Below, in pieces: positions 62,200-64,000 of a DNA stretch of 64,000 bases. Where the stretch lies: assembly GCA_002189035.1 (NCBI GenBank), contig NEEC01000017.1:558001-622000 (forward strand), given 5' to 3'. The stretch is from Utricularia gibba (lineage: Eukaryota > Plantae > Magnoliophyta). The translations under genes and the position numbers were made by a program. Position 1 is the first letter of the stretch; every line of letters begins with the position of its first letter. The notes below the pieces were generated by a model. That model saw nothing but the letters and a program-made list of their open reading frames with translations, was not told the DNA's origin and did not search any database.

Positions 62200-64000
62200 G
62201 TCAGACTAATCCGCAGTCTTGCAATTTTCACCTCTAAAGAAAGTCAATGCCGACTTTGGGTCTCTCAACCATTTTAATCATCAACTAATTTCTCATTAAT
62301 ATCTGATAAACTACCATCTAATTCATCAAATTGTACAATCAATAAGTTTAGAAAAGCAACAAAAATCTTCTCCGAAAAATAGTCTACTCCCCAACAAACC
62401 TCAAATAAAAAAAAAATCATTTTTTCTTATATAAACAAGTTTTTAAAAATGGTCTCTCTCAAACGGACAACGCTTACAAGGGTTTTTTTAGTTGGTTGAA
62501 TTAGATTTTCTTATACTTAAATTATCTGGATTTGTCTAAACCCAAACATATAGGTGTAAAAATATCCATACTACCTTTATGTAAATATATACCCATATAT
62601 AAGCATATTATATGAGTATAATTATACAAAATAACTTTCATATCAAACAAGCCCTAAGTCTCATGAAAATAACTGGATGTTGTCTAATCGTGTGTACCCT
62701 TGGGGGCCGTACCCGTACTGAGTTCAAACCAGAGAGTCAAAATTTCGTGTTCTAGCGTTGACAAAAAATGCCATGAGTGTAGCTTGGTCAACTGAGACAA
62801 GAGAAAGAGTTGACATATCCTACTTTGTCCAAGTTTCATACTTGCTCCAATGGTGAACATTAGTTCATATCATCCAATCAAACCCCAAAGAATAGGTTGT
62901 GGGACCAGTTTGATTTGGAGCCAATCGATTCATAGGAATTACACTTCTATCGTTGTTATCATTTTGATTATGATTCAAAATTGAAGTCCTGATGTTGCAA
63001 AACGAATTCTCATTGTTTTGTGTTGAATCCATTATAAAATGAGTCCATCCATTATATTATGAAAATTTAAAATAATTACCTAAATTTCATTTCTTTTATT
63101 ATTTTTTTTATAAAAATTATTAAATCAAACAAAAAATCATGTATTAGAATCAGATCGAATCTAATGCAGGGTTTTAAAATAATGTACATATTTATCTTGG
63201 GGATTGAGCAAAATATTCTACTATACAAAAGCGGCTTTTTAAATACCAAATTTTTCAGAAGCATTTGATCAATACTTTATTTTTTTTATTTGTTAAGCAC
63301 TTTTTATTTAAATGAGAGAAAAATAAAAAAATACATTAATTTGATATGATGAATGTAAGTGAGAACGTAAGTTGTAGTCGATAAGTTCGACTACAAATAT
63401 TACTTCTGGATCAAAAATCGTAAAAGTGAGGATGAATTTTATATAAAGAATAAAAGAATATATAAAAAAACGAAGAAAATGCCTAAAAGTTGAGTTTAAA
63501 ATTATCTGAGGGATACAGAAATTTTATAGATGAGTTTTATGAGAGAATGTGGTATATAGCGGTTACCAGTGGTGGTTAACTTTTTTTTTTTTAATTTGTT
63601 TAATATTTTGATTATATCTAATTGCTAGTGTGTTTTTTTAATTATTATTTTTAATATTATTAAATGATTAGTACATATTAACCATGCCCCACATCCATAT
63701 GTTGTTATTAAGGGTATGGGTTGGCTCCAACTCATGCTCTTATTTTTTTTCTACCTATCATATATGTATGGGTTATCCTTCCATAACCTATGCTCTTATA
63801 ATCTTATTAAAGTCATGATTAATCATAATTAACATTCATAAGTTATTTTTTATTTATCTTAAATAGGATTATGGTAAAATAGGTTATATCATTAATTATT
63901 TATAATATTAAATAAATTTAATAATTATTTACATGTACAAAATATTTATACAGTTAATTATATTAAAATATATTATAATTTCTGGAAAAATTATATTTTT

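Noticed and set aside
1-64000. rRNA, tRNA or 5S-bearing Cassandra elements
   Set aside because: No recognisable conserved rRNA or tRNA sequence was seen by eye; a covariance-model scan was not run.

Overview
Plant nuclear DNA (AT-rich spacers, LTR-retrotransposon debris). The dominant feature is a tandem cluster of 18 intronless, minus-strand loci (G1-G18; 16 full-length, 2 fragments) for secreted glycine-rich proteins: signal peptide, a short W/R-rich head, then a 38-aa (114-bp) Gly repeat. Only G3, G11 and G18 are cleanly open. The other 13 full-length copies are interrupted only by small deletions, mostly 1 bp in G/C runs, and restoring them returns exactly paralog-matched lengths, so many may be assembly errors. 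From about 37 kb onward the cluster is a repeated two-gene (A+B) cassette. Most promoters share a fixed-position TATA / W-box / CATTAAATG / W-box module. Interspersed are at least four Ty1/copia remnants (one carrying a nested Gypsy-type solo LTR and a hAT MITE, both with target-site duplications), a hAT transposase fragment joined through templated filler DNA, and a 690-bp Pack-MULE carrying a decayed IRX15-like (DUF579) gene fragment in the G18 promoter. The long Pro-rich plus-strand ORFs are antisense shadows. No rRNA, tRNA or CRISPR was seen. All alignments and counts were done by eye; no database search was run and the species is not identified.
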